A stretch of DNA of 64,000 bases from an uncultured Chloroflexia bacterium (GTDB taxonomy: Bacteria > Chloroflexota > Limnocylindria > Limnocylindrales > CSP1-4), in assembly GCA_963743795.1 (NCBI GenBank), contig CAVUQZ010000004.1:237992-301991 (forward strand). Reading direction: 5' to 3'. Made by a program: the position numbers and the translations under genes. Below, piece by piece: positions 20,643 to 30,496 of the stretch (its first letter is position 1; each line of letters starts with the position of its first letter). The notes under the pieces were generated by a model, which was given only the letters and a program-made list of their open reading frames with translations, was not told where the DNA came from and did not search any database.

Positions 20643-22331
20643 GTGCGGAACGCGTTGGCTGCCGGTCTGGCGAAGCCGATCCGCGCCGTAGCGCGAGTTG
20701 GGTCACGAATGCGCCGGCCCAACCTCTCGCACTTCCCATCGCGGATGCGGCGATCCAGGCTGAGCGCCTTGCTCATGGTCGTGGTTGCGGTGGCCAGTGT
20801 CGCTGGCCTGTTGCTCCTGGCTCTACCCACCAAGCAGGTGGCCGGCGAGCAGCTTCCGACGTTCGCTCCCCTGGCTCCCCAGGCCGACGCCCATCCCTCC
20901 CAGAGCGGCCTCGGCCTCGACGTCCCATTCGAGGTCCAGTTCACCAAGCCCATGAATGAGGCCTCGGTCGAGACGGCTCTGACGATCCAGCCAAAGGTGG
21001 ATGTACGACAGCAGTGGGACGCGACCTCGCAGGTCCTCTCGATCGTGCCCACCTCGCACTGGGAGCACGACACCAACTACCTGGTCGAGATCACCAACAA
21101 GGCTACCGACCAGGAGGGTCTGAACCTGGCGACCGAGATCCATACGTCGTTCCAATCGGGCTCGCTGACGACCGGCACCCTGTCCGCGACCCTGGTCGTC
21201 GAGGATCTGGTCGCTCCCAACTCCGCCTTCCAGCTGACCTTTACCCGCCCGGTCAAGCTCTCGACGGTCGTGACCCGCCTCAGCATCAGCCCCGCGGTCG
21301 AGGTCACCATCGCCGGCGACGATCCCACCGACGCCGCCTCCCAGGTATTCACCATGACTCCCAAGCAGGCCCTGGCCTCCGACCAGGCCTACGTGGTCAG
21401 CATGGCCGGCGGTGGCACCGACTCCTCGGGCGCGGCCCTGCAGCCTGTGGCGCCTCTCCAGGTCCAGACCATGGAGACTCCGGCGGTCATCAAGTTCCGC
21501 CCTCAAAGCGGCGCCATCACGCTCGACACCAACCAACCGGTATCGGTCCGATTCACCGTGCCGATGGACACCAAGGCAACCCAGGCTGCCTTCTCGGTCA
21601 CCGTGGGTGGCCGGGCCGTCGCCGGCACCCTGTACTGGGCCGAGGGCGACACAGTCCTCGTACTGACCCCGCGCAACTCGTTCAAGGTCGGCTCGACCGT
21701 CCTGGCCAGGGTCTCCACCGCCGCCCGATCCTCGACGGGCCTCCACATCGCCAAAGCTGCCAGCGCCACCTTCACGGTCTCGCGGCCGAGGACGACGACG
21801 ATCGTTTCCCGCGGCGGCGGCGGCGCTCGTGGTAGCGGCGGTGGAGGACCGGGCGCGTTCGGAGCCGCATCGGCCCAGTATTACGGCATGGAGACCTACT
21901 ACCTGGGCCTGATGAACTGCACGCGGACGGGCAAGTGGGTTACTACCAGCGGGACCTGCAGCACGGAGACGCACCACACCCTTCCGGCGCAGGACCCGCT
22001 CAGCCTTGACTCTGGCATCTCGACCTACGTCGCGCGGCCCTTCGCCAGGTACATGGCGGACCGCAATCTGCTCGCCCACAACCTGGCCGGAACGACCGTG
22101 CCCTCGAGGTTCAGAGCCGCGGGCTACTCCGGAGGGGCCTACGGAGAGAACATCGCGTCGCCCCACACCAGCGGGAATGGTGCGATGCTCGCAGCTCATC
22201 TCTTCTTCCAGGGCGAGTACTGGTGCCGCTGCGAGCACTATCTCAACATCATGTATCCGTCCTTCAATCGCGTGGGCATCGGCGTCTGGATCTCTAATTC
22301 GGTCCGGCTGGTGATCGACTTCTACAGTTGA
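20643..22331 (+). CDS. Membrane-anchored surface protein: Ig-like repeats plus a C-terminal CAP/SCP/PR-1-like domain (paralog 2)
   Basis: Same architecture as 18956..20599. AAGGAAGGGA SD before GTG 20643. The CAP-like end has diverged and carries a Gly-rich insert (GGGGARGSGGGGPGAFG). Confidence 0.85.
   Translation: MRNALAAGLAKPIRAVARVGSRMRRPNLSHFPSRMRRSRLSALLMVVVAVASVAGLLLLALPTKQVAGEQLPTFAPLAPQADAHPSQSGLGLDVPFEVQFTKPMNEASVETALTIQPKVDVRQQWDATSQVLSIVPTSHWEHDTNYLVEITNKATDQEGLNLATEIHTSFQSGSLTTGTLSATLVVEDLVAPNSAFQLTFTRPVKLSTVVTRLSISPAVEVTIAGDDPTDAASQVFTMTPKQALASDQAYVVSMAGGGTDSSGAALQPVAPLQVQTMETPAVIKFRPQSGAITLDTNQPVSVRFTVPMDTKATQAAFSVTVGGRAVAGTLYWAEGDTVLVLTPRNSFKVGSTVLARVSTAARSSTGLHIAKAASATFTVSRPRTTTIVSRGGGGARGSGGGGPGAFGAASAQYYGMETYYLGLMNCTRTGKWVTTSGTCSTETHHTLPAQDPLSLDSGISTYVARPFARYMADRNLLAHNLAGTTVPSRFRAAGYSGGAYGENIASPHTSGNGAMLAAHLFFQGEYWCRCEHYLNIMYPSFNRVGIGVWISNSVRLVIDFYS
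20772..21768. repeat. Copy 2 of the tandem direct repeat
   Basis: See copy 1. Collinear with no indels. Confidence 0.95.
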
Positions 22332-22405
22332 GAGGTCAGGTGGAGGTTCGGCGGCGCCGATAACTCTGGGAGACTCCCTTGCGGGACTCATCCTGGAGAG
22401 CCCTG

Positions 22406-22732
22406 ATGCTCCGCGACGTCGTCATCCACCTGTATAACGAGCAGCCCCTCCTGGCCGATCTGATCTTCGAGCCCGTGCAGACGGACACGGTCGTCCTGTG
22501 CCGCAACCTGCGGACCATGAACGGCAAGAAGCCGGGCTTCATCGATCGGTCCGATTCGACTTTCGCGATCCCCTATGCCCACATCCGATTCGTCGAGATT
22601 CGCAAGGTGTCCATCGGGGCGCTCGAGGCAGAGAGGGCGGCCCAGGCAGAGGCCGGCGGCCAGGCTCCGGCCGAGGATGGCATCCAGGAGGTCCGGGACG
22701 CTGATCTGCTGCGACGCGTCCGCGACGCCTGA
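22406..22732 (+). CDS. Small hypothetical protein upstream of topA
   Basis: 108 aa from ATG 22406 (MLRDVVIHLYNEQPLLADLIFEPVQTDTVVLCRNLRTMNGKKPGFIDR...). Protein-like composition with a beta-rich N-terminus and an acidic/Ala-rich tail. No family recognised. Confidence 0.55.
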   Translation: MLRDVVIHLYNEQPLLADLIFEPVQTDTVVLCRNLRTMNGKKPGFIDRSDSTFAIPYAHIRFVEIRKVSIGALEAERAAQAEAGGQAPAEDGIQEVRDADLLRRVRDA

Positions 22733-22848
22733 GCCGACCCCCCTTCGCCGGCCCGGCGTCCGAATACTCTCCCGGTCTGCCGGATTGTGTTGCCCCTGTC
22801 AGGTCGTGGCGGCTGCCGGTCCCGGTGAACGGCCAGGTGTGCGGGTGA

Positions 22849-22857
22849 TGCTAGACT
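22849..22857 (+). promoter_or_regulatory. Extended -10 (TGcTAGACT) 7 nt upstream of the topA ATG (leaderless-type promoter candidate)
   Basis: Motif and spacing read from the sequence; no SD in the gap CCCGCGG. Confidence 0.45.
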
Positions 22858-22864
22858 CCCGCGG

Positions 22865-25327
22865 ATGAGCGGCAACCTTGTGATCGTCGAGTCGCCCGCC
22901 AAGGCCAAGACGATAGAGCGATACCTGGGCCCGGGGTACACCGTGCTCGCCTCGTACGGGCACGTCCGGGATCTGCCCGAGAATCCGGGCAAGAACCAGT
23001 TCGGCGTGGATGTGGACCACGATTTCGCACCCATTTACGAGGTCGTGGCGGATCGCAAGAAGCAGGTGTCTGCGATCGTCAGAGCCGCCTCTAAGGCGGA
23101 CCTGATCTACCTCGCCACAGACCTGGACCGCGAAGGCGAGGCCATCGCCTGGCACGTTGCGGAGGCGGCCCAGCTTGCCCCGGGCCGCACCAGGCGTGTC
23201 ACGTTCTCGGAGATAACCGAGGCCGCGATCAAGCGAGCCTTCGCCGAGCCCCGCTCCATCGACCGGAACCTCGTCGACGCCCAGCAGGCGCGCCGGGTGG
23301 TGGACAGGCTCGTTGGGTACACCCTGAGCCCGCTTCTGTGGCGCAAGGTTCGTGCCGGACTCTCGGCTGGCCGCGTCCAGTCCGTCGCCGTCCGAATCGT
23401 CGTCGACCGGGAGCGAGAGATCAGGGGCTTCATCGCCCGTGAGTATTGGACTCTGAAGGCTGTTCTCGTCGCGCCGAACGGAGAGACGTTCGAGGCGGAC
23501 CTGGTGCGCGTTGGGGGCAAGAAGCCCGACGTGGCGGATGGCGAGACAGCGGAACGACATGCAGCCGCTATCAGGTCCAGTCACCCTGTCGTGACGGACG
23601 TGACCGTGAAGACGGCCAATCGGACGCCGGCTCCGCCGTTCACGACCTCCAGCCTGCAGCAGGAGGCGAGCCGCAAACTCGGCTTCTCACCGAAACGGAC
23701 GATGAGTGCCGCCCAGCGACTGTACGAGGGCGTCGAGACAGACGAAGGCCAGGTAGGCCTCATCACCTATATGCGGACGGATTCGGTCGCGCTTTCGAGC
23801 CAGGCAATGGCCGAAGCCGCGCGGGTCATCGAGGGGCGCTTCGGGCCCCAGTACACGACCCCACGGGGCCGGGCCTTCAAGACGAGGACGCGCAACGCCC
23901 AGGAAGCGCACGAGGCCATCCGTCCGACTTCGTTCGGACGGGATCCGGAGGCTGCGGCCAGGCGTCTCCGCAACGATGAGGCGCGGCTGTACCGGCTGAT
24001 CTGGCAGCGCGCCCTGGCCAGCCAGATGGCCGCCAAAGAGCAGGAGACCACCACCGTCGACCTGGCGGCCGACGGCTATGAGCTCCGGGCCAATGCCACC
24101 AGAACCACGTTCGATGGGTTCTCGCGGGTGTACACGGAAGGTCGTGACGACGGCGAGGAGGAGCCCGAGTGCCGTCTCCCGGCCCTCGCCAAGGGTGACG
24201 CCACGGCCGTCGAGTCCGTGCAGCCGCTGCAGCATTTCACAGAGCCGCCGCCCCGCTACACCGAGGCAACGCTCATCAAGGCGCTCGAAGAGCACGGGAT
24301 CGGTCGCCCGTCGACGTACGCGGCGACCATTTCTACTATCGTCGACCGCGGCTACGTCAAGGTTCAGGAGAGACGCCTGTTCCCGGAGCCGGTCGGCGAG
24401 ATCGTCACCGACTTGCTGGTGGCGCATTTCGGCGAATTCGTCGATCTCGAGTTCACGGCCCGTATGGAGGACGATCTCGACGACGTCGCCAGCGGCAAGA
24501 GAGCGTGGGTGCCGGTGGTTCGCGCGTTCTACGCACCGTTCAGGGCCCGGGTCGACGAGAAGGCCAAGGAGCTGCGGCGAGCGGACTTCACCACCCGTCC
24601 ATCCGAGGAGACCTGTTCGCTTGGCCATCCGATGGTCGTCCGCCTGGGCAGATACGGCGAGTTCCTGGCCTGCTCCATGTACCCCGAGCACAAGGAAACG
24701 CGAGAGCTCCCCGGGGCCGGAAACGGCAAGGTCGCGTCCGGCGGCACGAGCGCGAACGGCATCGCAGAGGAGCCCTCCGTCGTCGAGCCGTGTCCCCGCT
24801 GCGGAGCGACCGATGGCGGAGTCCTCGTCACGCGGCGCGGTCGGTTCGGTCCGTTCATGGGCTGCTCGCGTTATCCGGACTGCGACTACGTGAAGAGGGA
24901 CGGGCCGCCCCCTCCGGAGCCGCTCGCGTTCGAAGTGACATGTCCGACATGCAAGGTGGGGCACCTCGTCACCCGCAGGGCGCGACGGACGGGGTCGCTC
25001 TTCTGGGGCTGTTCGCGCTACCCGACCTGCCGCTACACGACGTCGCACGAGCCAGTCGGGGCGGTTCATGACGCCGACGGCGGACCCGTGGGACGTGCCG
25101 GGGAGGCGGGCATCTGCCTGGTATGTGGGGCGCCGGTCGAGCTGGCGGGCGACGTCGTCGGTCGCACGCTTCCCGGCGGGGAGCCGAATCCCGGCGCGCT
25201 TGCCAGACCCGCATCGGACCGCGCGCGCCGCCGCACCGGTCGCGCGACAAGTGGCGGCAGCTCCCGGACTGGTGGCACCCGTAAGACGGCAGGCGCCAGA
25301 TCCGCAGGCGCACGACGGGGCGGATGA
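22865..25327 (+). CDS. topA: DNA topoisomerase I
   Basis: Toprim start [18 protein letters not shown], active-site region [10 protein letters not shown], several C-terminal CxxC zinc ribbons and an Arg/Gly-rich tail. Confidence 0.97.
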   Translation: MSGNLVIVESPAKAKTIERYLGPGYTVLASYGHVRDLPENPGKNQFGVDVDHDFAPIYEVVADRKKQVSAIVRAASKADLIYLATDLDREGEAIAWHVAEAAQLAPGRTRRVTFSEITEAAIKRAFAEPRSIDRNLVDAQQARRVVDRLVGYTLSPLLWRKVRAGLSAGRVQSVAVRIVVDREREIRGFIAREYWTLKAVLVAPNGETFEADLVRVGGKKPDVADGETAERHAAAIRSSHPVVTDVTVKTANRTPAPPFTTSSLQQEASRKLGFSPKRTMSAAQRLYEGVETDEGQVGLITYMRTDSVALSSQAMAEAARVIEGRFGPQYTTPRGRAFKTRTRNAQEAHEAIRPTSFGRDPEAAARRLRNDEARLYRLIWQRALASQMAAKEQETTTVDLAADGYELRANATRTTFDGFSRVYTEGRDDGEEEPECRLPALAKGDATAVESVQPLQHFTEPPPRYTEATLIKALEEHGIGRPSTYAATISTIVDRGYVKVQERRLFPEPVGEIVTDLLVAHFGEFVDLEFTARMEDDLDDVASGKRAWVPVVRAFYAPFRARVDEKAKELRRADFTTRPSEETCSLGHPMVVRLGRYGEFLACSMYPEHKETRELPGAGNGKVASGGTSANGIAEEPSVVEPCPRCGATDGGVLVTRRGRFGPFMGCSRYPDCDYVKRDGPPPPEPLAFEVTCPTCKVGHLVTRRARRTGSLFWGCSRYPTCRYTTSHEPVGAVHDADGGPVGRAGEAGICLVCGAPVELAGDVVGRTLPGGEPNPGALARPASDRARRRTGRATSGGSSRTGGTRKTAGARSAGARRGG

Positions 25328-26466
25328 CTGCCGGGGACGCGGCAGCTCCGGACGCGGCCCGCGGCGCGGGGGCCGCGACGACCGACTATGCGGCGGCAGC
25401 GCATTCGGCAGCCGACCGGTTTCTGCGGGCCCTCGAGGCGCGCGGATCCTCGCCCAATACGATCCGCTCCTACAGGACTGGTCTGGAGGCCTATCTCGCC
25501 TGGCTTGCAGGTAATGGCGTCGATTGGCGCTCGCCGACGAGGACCATCCTCAGGTCGTACCTCGCCGCTCTCACGGAGGGCCACGGGCGGCGCACCGTCG
25601 CGCAGCGTCTCGCGGCGATGCGGTCGTTCTACCGGTTCACGACGCGGCAGGGCCTTACCCCGGGCAACCCACTGACCTCTCTGGCCACTCCCCGCCAGCC
25701 GCGCCGTCTGCCCGCCGTCTTGTCCGTTGCTCAGACCGAGCGGCTAATCGCGGCTGCGTCGGAGAAGGGTACGGCGCGGGACCACACGACGCCGGCGATT
25801 GCCGAGCTTGCCAAGGCGTTGGCGTTGCGCGACCTGGCAATCGTGGAGACGGCCTATGCGGCCGGCCTGCGCATTGGGGAGCTGGCCTCGCTCGAGGTCA
25901 GCTCGATCGACCTCAAGCGAGGGGAGGTCCGAGTCACGGGCAAGGGACGCAAGCAGCGCGTCTCCTTGCTGGGCCGGCCGGCTCGAACTGCCCTGGCGGC
26001 TTATCTGGACGCCGCCCGGCCACTTCTGGCCGGCCGCCCGAGTGGCGGCTCAAAGGCGGGCGAGGAAGACGTCGGCGAGACGAACGGCACAGTCCTCTTC
26101 CTCAACCACCTCGGCGGTCCGCTGGGCGTCCGCGGCATGCGCTATCGACTGGACCGGCTCAGGCGCTCGGCCGGGTTGCCCGACGGTGTCTCGCCGCACA
26201 CTCTTCGACACAGCTTCGCGACGCATCTCCTCGACGGCGGGGCGGACCTCCGCGTCGTTCAGGAGTTGCTCGGTCACGAGAGCCTGGCCACGACCCAGAT
26301 CTATACGCACGTCTCTCCGGCCAGGCTGCGGGCCGCGTACACTTCTTCCCACCCGCGGGCGAAGCTTCTTGGGACGACCGCGTCTGCCGGTTCGGCCGGT
26401 GCCCCCTCCGGCGGGGCCGGCTCGGGGTCGCGGGCCAGAGCCAATGCCCGCCCGGACGAGCGATGA
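25324..26466 (+). CDS. xerC: Tyrosine recombinase XerC/XerD family (chromosome dimer resolution)
   Basis: SAM-like N domain ([19 protein letters not shown]) and catalytic motifs [37 protein letters not shown] overlaps the topA stop. dprA-topA-xerC synteny. Confidence 0.9.
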   Translation: MTAGDAAAPDAARGAGAATTDYAAAAHSAADRFLRALEARGSSPNTIRSYRTGLEAYLAWLAGNGVDWRSPTRTILRSYLAALTEGHGRRTVAQRLAAMRSFYRFTTRQGLTPGNPLTSLATPRQPRRLPAVLSVAQTERLIAAASEKGTARDHTTPAIAELAKALALRDLAIVETAYAAGLRIGELASLEVSSIDLKRGEVRVTGKGRKQRVSLLGRPARTALAAYLDAARPLLAGRPSGGSKAGEEDVGETNGTVLFLNHLGGPLGVRGMRYRLDRLRRSAGLPDGVSPHTLRHSFATHLLDGGADLRVVQELLGHESLATTQIYTHVSPARLRAAYTSSHPRAKLLGTTASAGSAGAPSGGAGSGSRARANARPDER

Positions 26467-26553
26467 GCGTCACATAGGCGATGCCTTTGCGACCAGGGCG
26501 TGGCTCCCGGCGGCCGGCCGAGGCCGATCCTGGCGGCCGGCACGTGAAGAGGT

Positions 26554-27780
26554 GTGCGGATGCCTGAGCAGCTCACGGTGGAGGCGAGGCTCGATCGAGG
26601 TGCGGCCCCTACCCGCCCCTCGGTAGTCGATCTCGCCCCCGACGCGGCGAGCTGGGACGCGTTCGTGACGCGCTCGAATCCGGGTTCCTATCTGCAGACC
26701 ACCGCCTGGGCCGAGGTCAAGGCGCCCAACGGCTGGACACCGTTGAGGTTCATGGGTACGAGGCCGGCCGGTCCAGCAGCGTCGACTCTGGAAAGCATCG
26801 AGTCCGGTGGCGTCGGTGCCGGCGACGAGGACTCGCCGGAGGAATCTGGTGAGGAGACCGCCTTCGGCGTCCAGCTGCTGATTCGAAAGCCCAGGCCGAT
26901 GCCGTGGGCTTTCGCCTACGCTCCGCGAGGGCCCATCTTCGAGGAGTGGAATCCGGCGACCCTCGAGGCATTCACTGGCGCCCTCCACCCGGCCCTGGCT
27001 TCAGCCGGCCAGCGTGTCTCCCACGTCCGCATCGAGCCGGAGATCGAGCTCAACGGCCCTGTGGATGTCGACGGCGAATTCCGGCACGCCCTCCGAAGAA
27101 GTGGCTGGCGTCCCGGGACGCCGATCCAGCCCCCTCGCACACGCCAGATCGACCTCCGGGCAGGCGAGGAGGCGTTGTGGGGCGATCTGCGCAAGAAGTG
27201 GCGCCAGTACGTCAACAAGGCCCGTAGGGGTGGCGTCCGGGTTGTCGACGCGACGGTTGACCGACTGCCCGAGTTCTACTCGATCTACCAGGAGACGGCG
27301 CGTCGCGCCGGCTTCGTCATCCGGACTTATGAGTCGTACCTGGCCGTCTGGCATGCCTTCGCCCGGCTCGGAATGGTCCGCCTGCTCATGGCCGAGGGCA
27401 CCGACGGGGTCGGGCTCGCGACGTTGTTCCTTCTTCGAGTCGGCGGTCGCGTCATCGAGCCGTACGGCGGCATGACCGCTGCCGGAGCGGAGAGTCGCGC
27501 CAACTACCTGCTGAAGTGGGAGGCAATCAGGACTTCGAAGGAGCAACGCGCCGTCAGCTACGACATGTGGGGGCTGTCCCACGAGGGCATCGAGCAGTTC
27601 AAGACGGGATTCGGCGGGCGCGAGATCGATTACGTAGGCGCCTGGGATCTGGTGCTGGATCCCTTGGGCCGGCTGGCGTTCGACGGCGGCCAATCCATCC
27701 AGGATCGCCTCGGGCGCTGGAAGCATGGCGTGCGACGGCGCCCCGGTGGCCGGACACATGAGGTCGAGGCGGGCGAATGA
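26554..27780 (+). CDS. FemAB-family peptidoglycan interpeptide-bridge aminoacyl transferase
   Basis: FemAB-like segments SYLQTTAWAEVK..., FAYAPRGPIF, LRKKWRQYVNKARRGGV, ANYLLKWEAI...GIEQFKTGFGG. Confidence 0.85.
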   Translation: MRMPEQLTVEARLDRGAAPTRPSVVDLAPDAASWDAFVTRSNPGSYLQTTAWAEVKAPNGWTPLRFMGTRPAGPAASTLESIESGGVGAGDEDSPEESGEETAFGVQLLIRKPRPMPWAFAYAPRGPIFEEWNPATLEAFTGALHPALASAGQRVSHVRIEPEIELNGPVDVDGEFRHALRRSGWRPGTPIQPPRTRQIDLRAGEEALWGDLRKKWRQYVNKARRGGVRVVDATVDRLPEFYSIYQETARRAGFVIRTYESYLAVWHAFARLGMVRLLMAEGTDGVGLATLFLLRVGGRVIEPYGGMTAAGAESRANYLLKWEAIRTSKEQRAVSYDMWGLSHEGIEQFKTGFGGREIDYVGAWDLVLDPLGRLAFDGGQSIQDRLGRWKHGVRRRPGGRTHEVEAGE

Positions 27781-29567
27781 CCAGCCGAACAGCCGGCGCC
27801 GACCGCGGAGGCGAGAGTGGCGGGGAGGCCGGCCGGGGCGGCGGCCGCCGAAGCCGGGGCGCCGAGGGCAGCGAGCAAGGGGGCGCCAGCGGACCCGAAG
27901 TTCGGCAGGGCGGTGCGGGGTTCTCCGGCGATCCCGTCGCGGCGATGCTGAGCCGGGCCGAACCGTCCGCACCGCGCGTCCTGGGAGAGCTGATCTCACG
28001 CCTGGACGCCGGTGGCCAGCTGCGGGGCGTCAGCCGGGCGGTGCCAACCGGGACCGCCGCCGGCACCGTCGAGGTGGAGCCGGCTCCCGGCGCGCTTGCC
28101 GTCAGCGGAGTCGCTTTCGACTCCCGGGAGGTAATCCCCGGATGCGTCTTCGTGGCAATCGCCGGAGATCACGCGGACGGCCACGATTTCGTGGAGGCCG
28201 CGGCCGGCCTCGGGGCGGTAGCGGCGATCGTGGAGCGTGAGGCGCCGGGGCTGTCACTGCCCCAGATCGTCGTCGGCGATACCCGCCTGGCACTCGCGAC
28301 GGCCGCGGCCTGGTGGTACGGGGATCCCAGCCTGTCGCTCGGAGTGGTCGGGATCACCGGCACCGATGGCAAGACCACCACGGCCTTTCTCGCGGCCGCG
28401 GTCCTGGAGCGAGCCGGGATCTCGGCCGGCCTCTTGACCACGGCGGAGGTCAAGATAGGCGAGGTGCGAGGCGCGAATCCCGAGCATGTGACGACGCCTC
28501 AGGCACCCCGACTTCAGTGTGCCCTGCGGGCAATGGCGGCAGCCGGAAACGAGGCGGCAGTAGTTGAGACGACCTCTCACGGACTTGCCCTGCGTCGCGT
28601 GGCCGAGATCGCCTACGACATCGCGATCTTCACGAACCTGACGCACGAGCACCTGGAGCTTCACGGTACGTTCGAGGCGTACCGCGACGCCAAGCTGGGC
28701 CTGTTCCGGGGTCTGGCCGCGAAGCCGGCCAAATCGCTGCGCCGGCCATGGCCCCGAACGGCAATCGTGAACATGGACGACCCGGCCGGCGCTCTCTTCG
28801 CGGAAGCGGCCGCTGCCGCGGGGGCCGGAGTGATCACCTACGGCGCCGTCGGGTCGGCGGCCGTCCGCGCCGTGGCGGTCGAAGAGTCAGGCCCGAACCT
28901 GCGTGTCGAGGTAGCCACGCCTCGATGGCGCGCGCCCGTGGACCTCCAGCTCACCGGACGATTCAACGTCCACAATGCCCTCGCGGCAGTGGCCCTTGGC
29001 GAGGCTTTGGAACTGGACCCGGACGTCATTAGATCCGGGCTGAGCGGAGTTGCCGGCGTCCCCGGCAGGATGGAACGGATCGACCGCGGCCAGCCGTTCA
29101 GCGTAGTAGTCGACTATGCGCACTCGCCCGCGTCGCTCCAGAAGGTGCTGGACCTCCTGGGCCCCTTCGCCGCGTCTCACGGGGGCGGCCTCATCTGCGT
29201 CTTCGGCTCGGCTGGGGAGCGGGACGTCCAGAAGCGGCCGATGATGGGCCGCATCGCCGGCGAGCGCTGCCGGCTCGTCGTGATCACCGACGAGGATCCG
29301 CGCGGGGAGGACAGCCAGACGATACTCGACGAGATCGCCGCGGGCGCCCAAGCCGCGGGGCGGCGGCGCGGCGGCGACCTGCTGTGCATCGCCGACCGGC
29401 GGGAGGCGATCGCTACGGCCTTGAGTCGCGCCCGGCCCGGGGACGTGGTGCTGCTCGCCGGAAAAGGTCACGAGCAATCGATCATCATGAGCGACGGCCC
29501 GCGTGAGTGGGACGAACGCCGCGAAGCTGTCCGGGCGCTGGAGATGCTCGGATATCGGAACAAGTAG
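27777..29567 (+). CDS. murE: UDP-N-acetylmuramoyl-L-alanyl-D-glutamate--2,6-diaminopimelate ligase (MurE); start uncertain
   Basis: GITGTDGKTTT P-loop, Mur ligase middle and C domains, DEDPRGED (DNPR-like) motif. ATG 27777 overlaps the femAB stop (ATGA) but adds a 56-aa Arg/Gly-rich extension. ATG 27945 gives a conventional N-terminus. Confidence 0.93.
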   Translation: MTSRTAGADRGGESGGEAGRGGGRRSRGAEGSEQGGASGPEVRQGGAGFSGDPVAAMLSRAEPSAPRVLGELISRLDAGGQLRGVSRAVPTGTAAGTVEVEPAPGALAVSGVAFDSREVIPGCVFVAIAGDHADGHDFVEAAAGLGAVAAIVEREAPGLSLPQIVVGDTRLALATAAAWWYGDPSLSLGVVGITGTDGKTTTAFLAAAVLERAGISAGLLTTAEVKIGEVRGANPEHVTTPQAPRLQCALRAMAAAGNEAAVVETTSHGLALRRVAEIAYDIAIFTNLTHEHLELHGTFEAYRDAKLGLFRGLAAKPAKSLRRPWPRTAIVNMDDPAGALFAEAAAAAGAGVITYGAVGSAAVRAVAVEESGPNLRVEVATPRWRAPVDLQLTGRFNVHNALAAVALGEALELDPDVIRSGLSGVAGVPGRMERIDRGQPFSVVVDYAHSPASLQKVLDLLGPFAASHGGGLICVFGSAGERDVQKRPMMGRIAGERCRLVVITDEDPRGEDSQTILDEIAAGAQAAGRRRGGDLLCIADRREAIATALSRARPGDVVLLAGKGHEQSIIMSDGPREWDERREAVRALEMLGYRNK

Positions 29568-29600
29568 GGCACTCACGCCCCGAATGGAGGCCTCGGCCAG

Positions 29601-30308
29601 ATGCGGTCATGCCTGATCCAACTGCTGATCCTGGTGGTCGTGGTGTTCACGCTGCTCTGGTTCGGCTTGCCGGTCGGGGCCAGCTGGCTGGCCACCAACG
29701 CCCTCAACGCCAGCGGCTTCAGCGGTACCGACACCAAGGTAGTGGTGTCGGCTAACCCGCCGCCCCTCCTGCTAACAGGCCAGGCAGACTCCATCCACCT
29801 GACCTCCACCCAGGTCGGCATCGGGGACCTGCATGCTGCCAGCATCGATCTGACCCTTGGCAAAGTGGACCTGTTGAGCAGGAAGATCGGCACGGTTACG
29901 GGCACGCTGCAGGGAGTTCGCGTCGCGGCTCCGGACGGCGAGGCCGTCACGGTCGAGTCCGTGACCCTGTCCGGCGCCGCAGCAACGGCGAACGCGCAGA
30001 TGGTGCTGTCGACAGCTGAGGTCGAGCGCCTTGCCGAGACGCAGCTGAAGTCGCGGGACGTCATCGCCACAGTTCGTCTGGCGGCGCCGGACAGGGTCAC
30101 CATCTCGGCCGGCGGGCAGTCCGCGCCGGGGCGGCTCGTGGTCCAGGACGGTGGACTTCTGCTCGTTCCGGATACGGAATCCCTGCCGAGCGTCACCATG
30201 ATCGCGCCCGGGAGCGGCAACCCTTTCCATGTCTCATCGGTCGCCGTCGGTGCGGGTACCGTGACGATGGACGGGACGATCGATTTCCAGGGGCTGCTGG
30301 GCATCTGA
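29601..30308 (+). CDS. Membrane-anchored DUF2993/LmeA-like protein (tentative family)
   Basis: N-terminal TM LIQLLILVVVVFTLLWF followed by repeated beta-rich segments (...IHLTSTQVGIGDLHAASIDLTLGKVDL...), as in LmeA-type proteins. Family call by recollection. Confidence 0.6.
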   Translation: MRSCLIQLLILVVVVFTLLWFGLPVGASWLATNALNASGFSGTDTKVVVSANPPPLLLTGQADSIHLTSTQVGIGDLHAASIDLTLGKVDLLSRKIGTVTGTLQGVRVAAPDGEAVTVESVTLSGAAATANAQMVLSTAEVERLAETQLKSRDVIATVRLAAPDRVTISAGGQSAPGRLVVQDGGLLLVPDTESLPSVTMIAPGSGNPFHVSSVAVGAGTVTMDGTIDFQGLLGI

Positions 30309-30479
30309 AGCGCAGCCGGGTGCGCGGCCAGCCCGTCTCGACTACCTCTGACAAACGTGAGGCGCGTCTCGCTGCATGGGCCGAGTAGCTCGTGGGTGTC
30401 CGTCCGGGGCGCATGTCTGTTGAGCGCAGCGAGCCATTTGCGAGCTCACCCCGGCTCGGGAGGGCATCGCGGAATCGAC

Positions 30480-30488
30480 TGGTAGACT
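30480..30488 (+). promoter_or_regulatory. Extended -10 (TGgTAGACT) 8 nt upstream of the rel ATG (leaderless-type promoter candidate)
   Basis: Motif and spacing read from the sequence; the gap GATTCTCG has no SD. Confidence 0.45.
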
Positions 30489-30496
30489 GATTCTCG

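Noticed and set aside
19130-21076. 648-aa ORF on the minus strand spanning both CAP-paralog genes. Similar long antisense ORFs occur at 4572..6161, 11810..13246, 20823..22391, 23687..25069, 30500..32431 and 59756..61792.
   Set aside because: All lie exactly antisense to genes with strong, motif-level homology. Their translations are Arg/Gly/Pro/Ala-rich with no recognisable motifs. Stop-free antisense frames are expected at this GC content.
25324-26466. Tyrosine recombinase as a marker of an integrated mobile element, with tRNA-Met (336..410) as a possible attachment site
   Set aside because: The recombinase has XerC/XerD-type motifs and sits in the conserved dprA-topA-xerC context. I saw no repeat of the tRNA 3' end, no phage or conjugation genes and no compositional island downstream of the tRNA.
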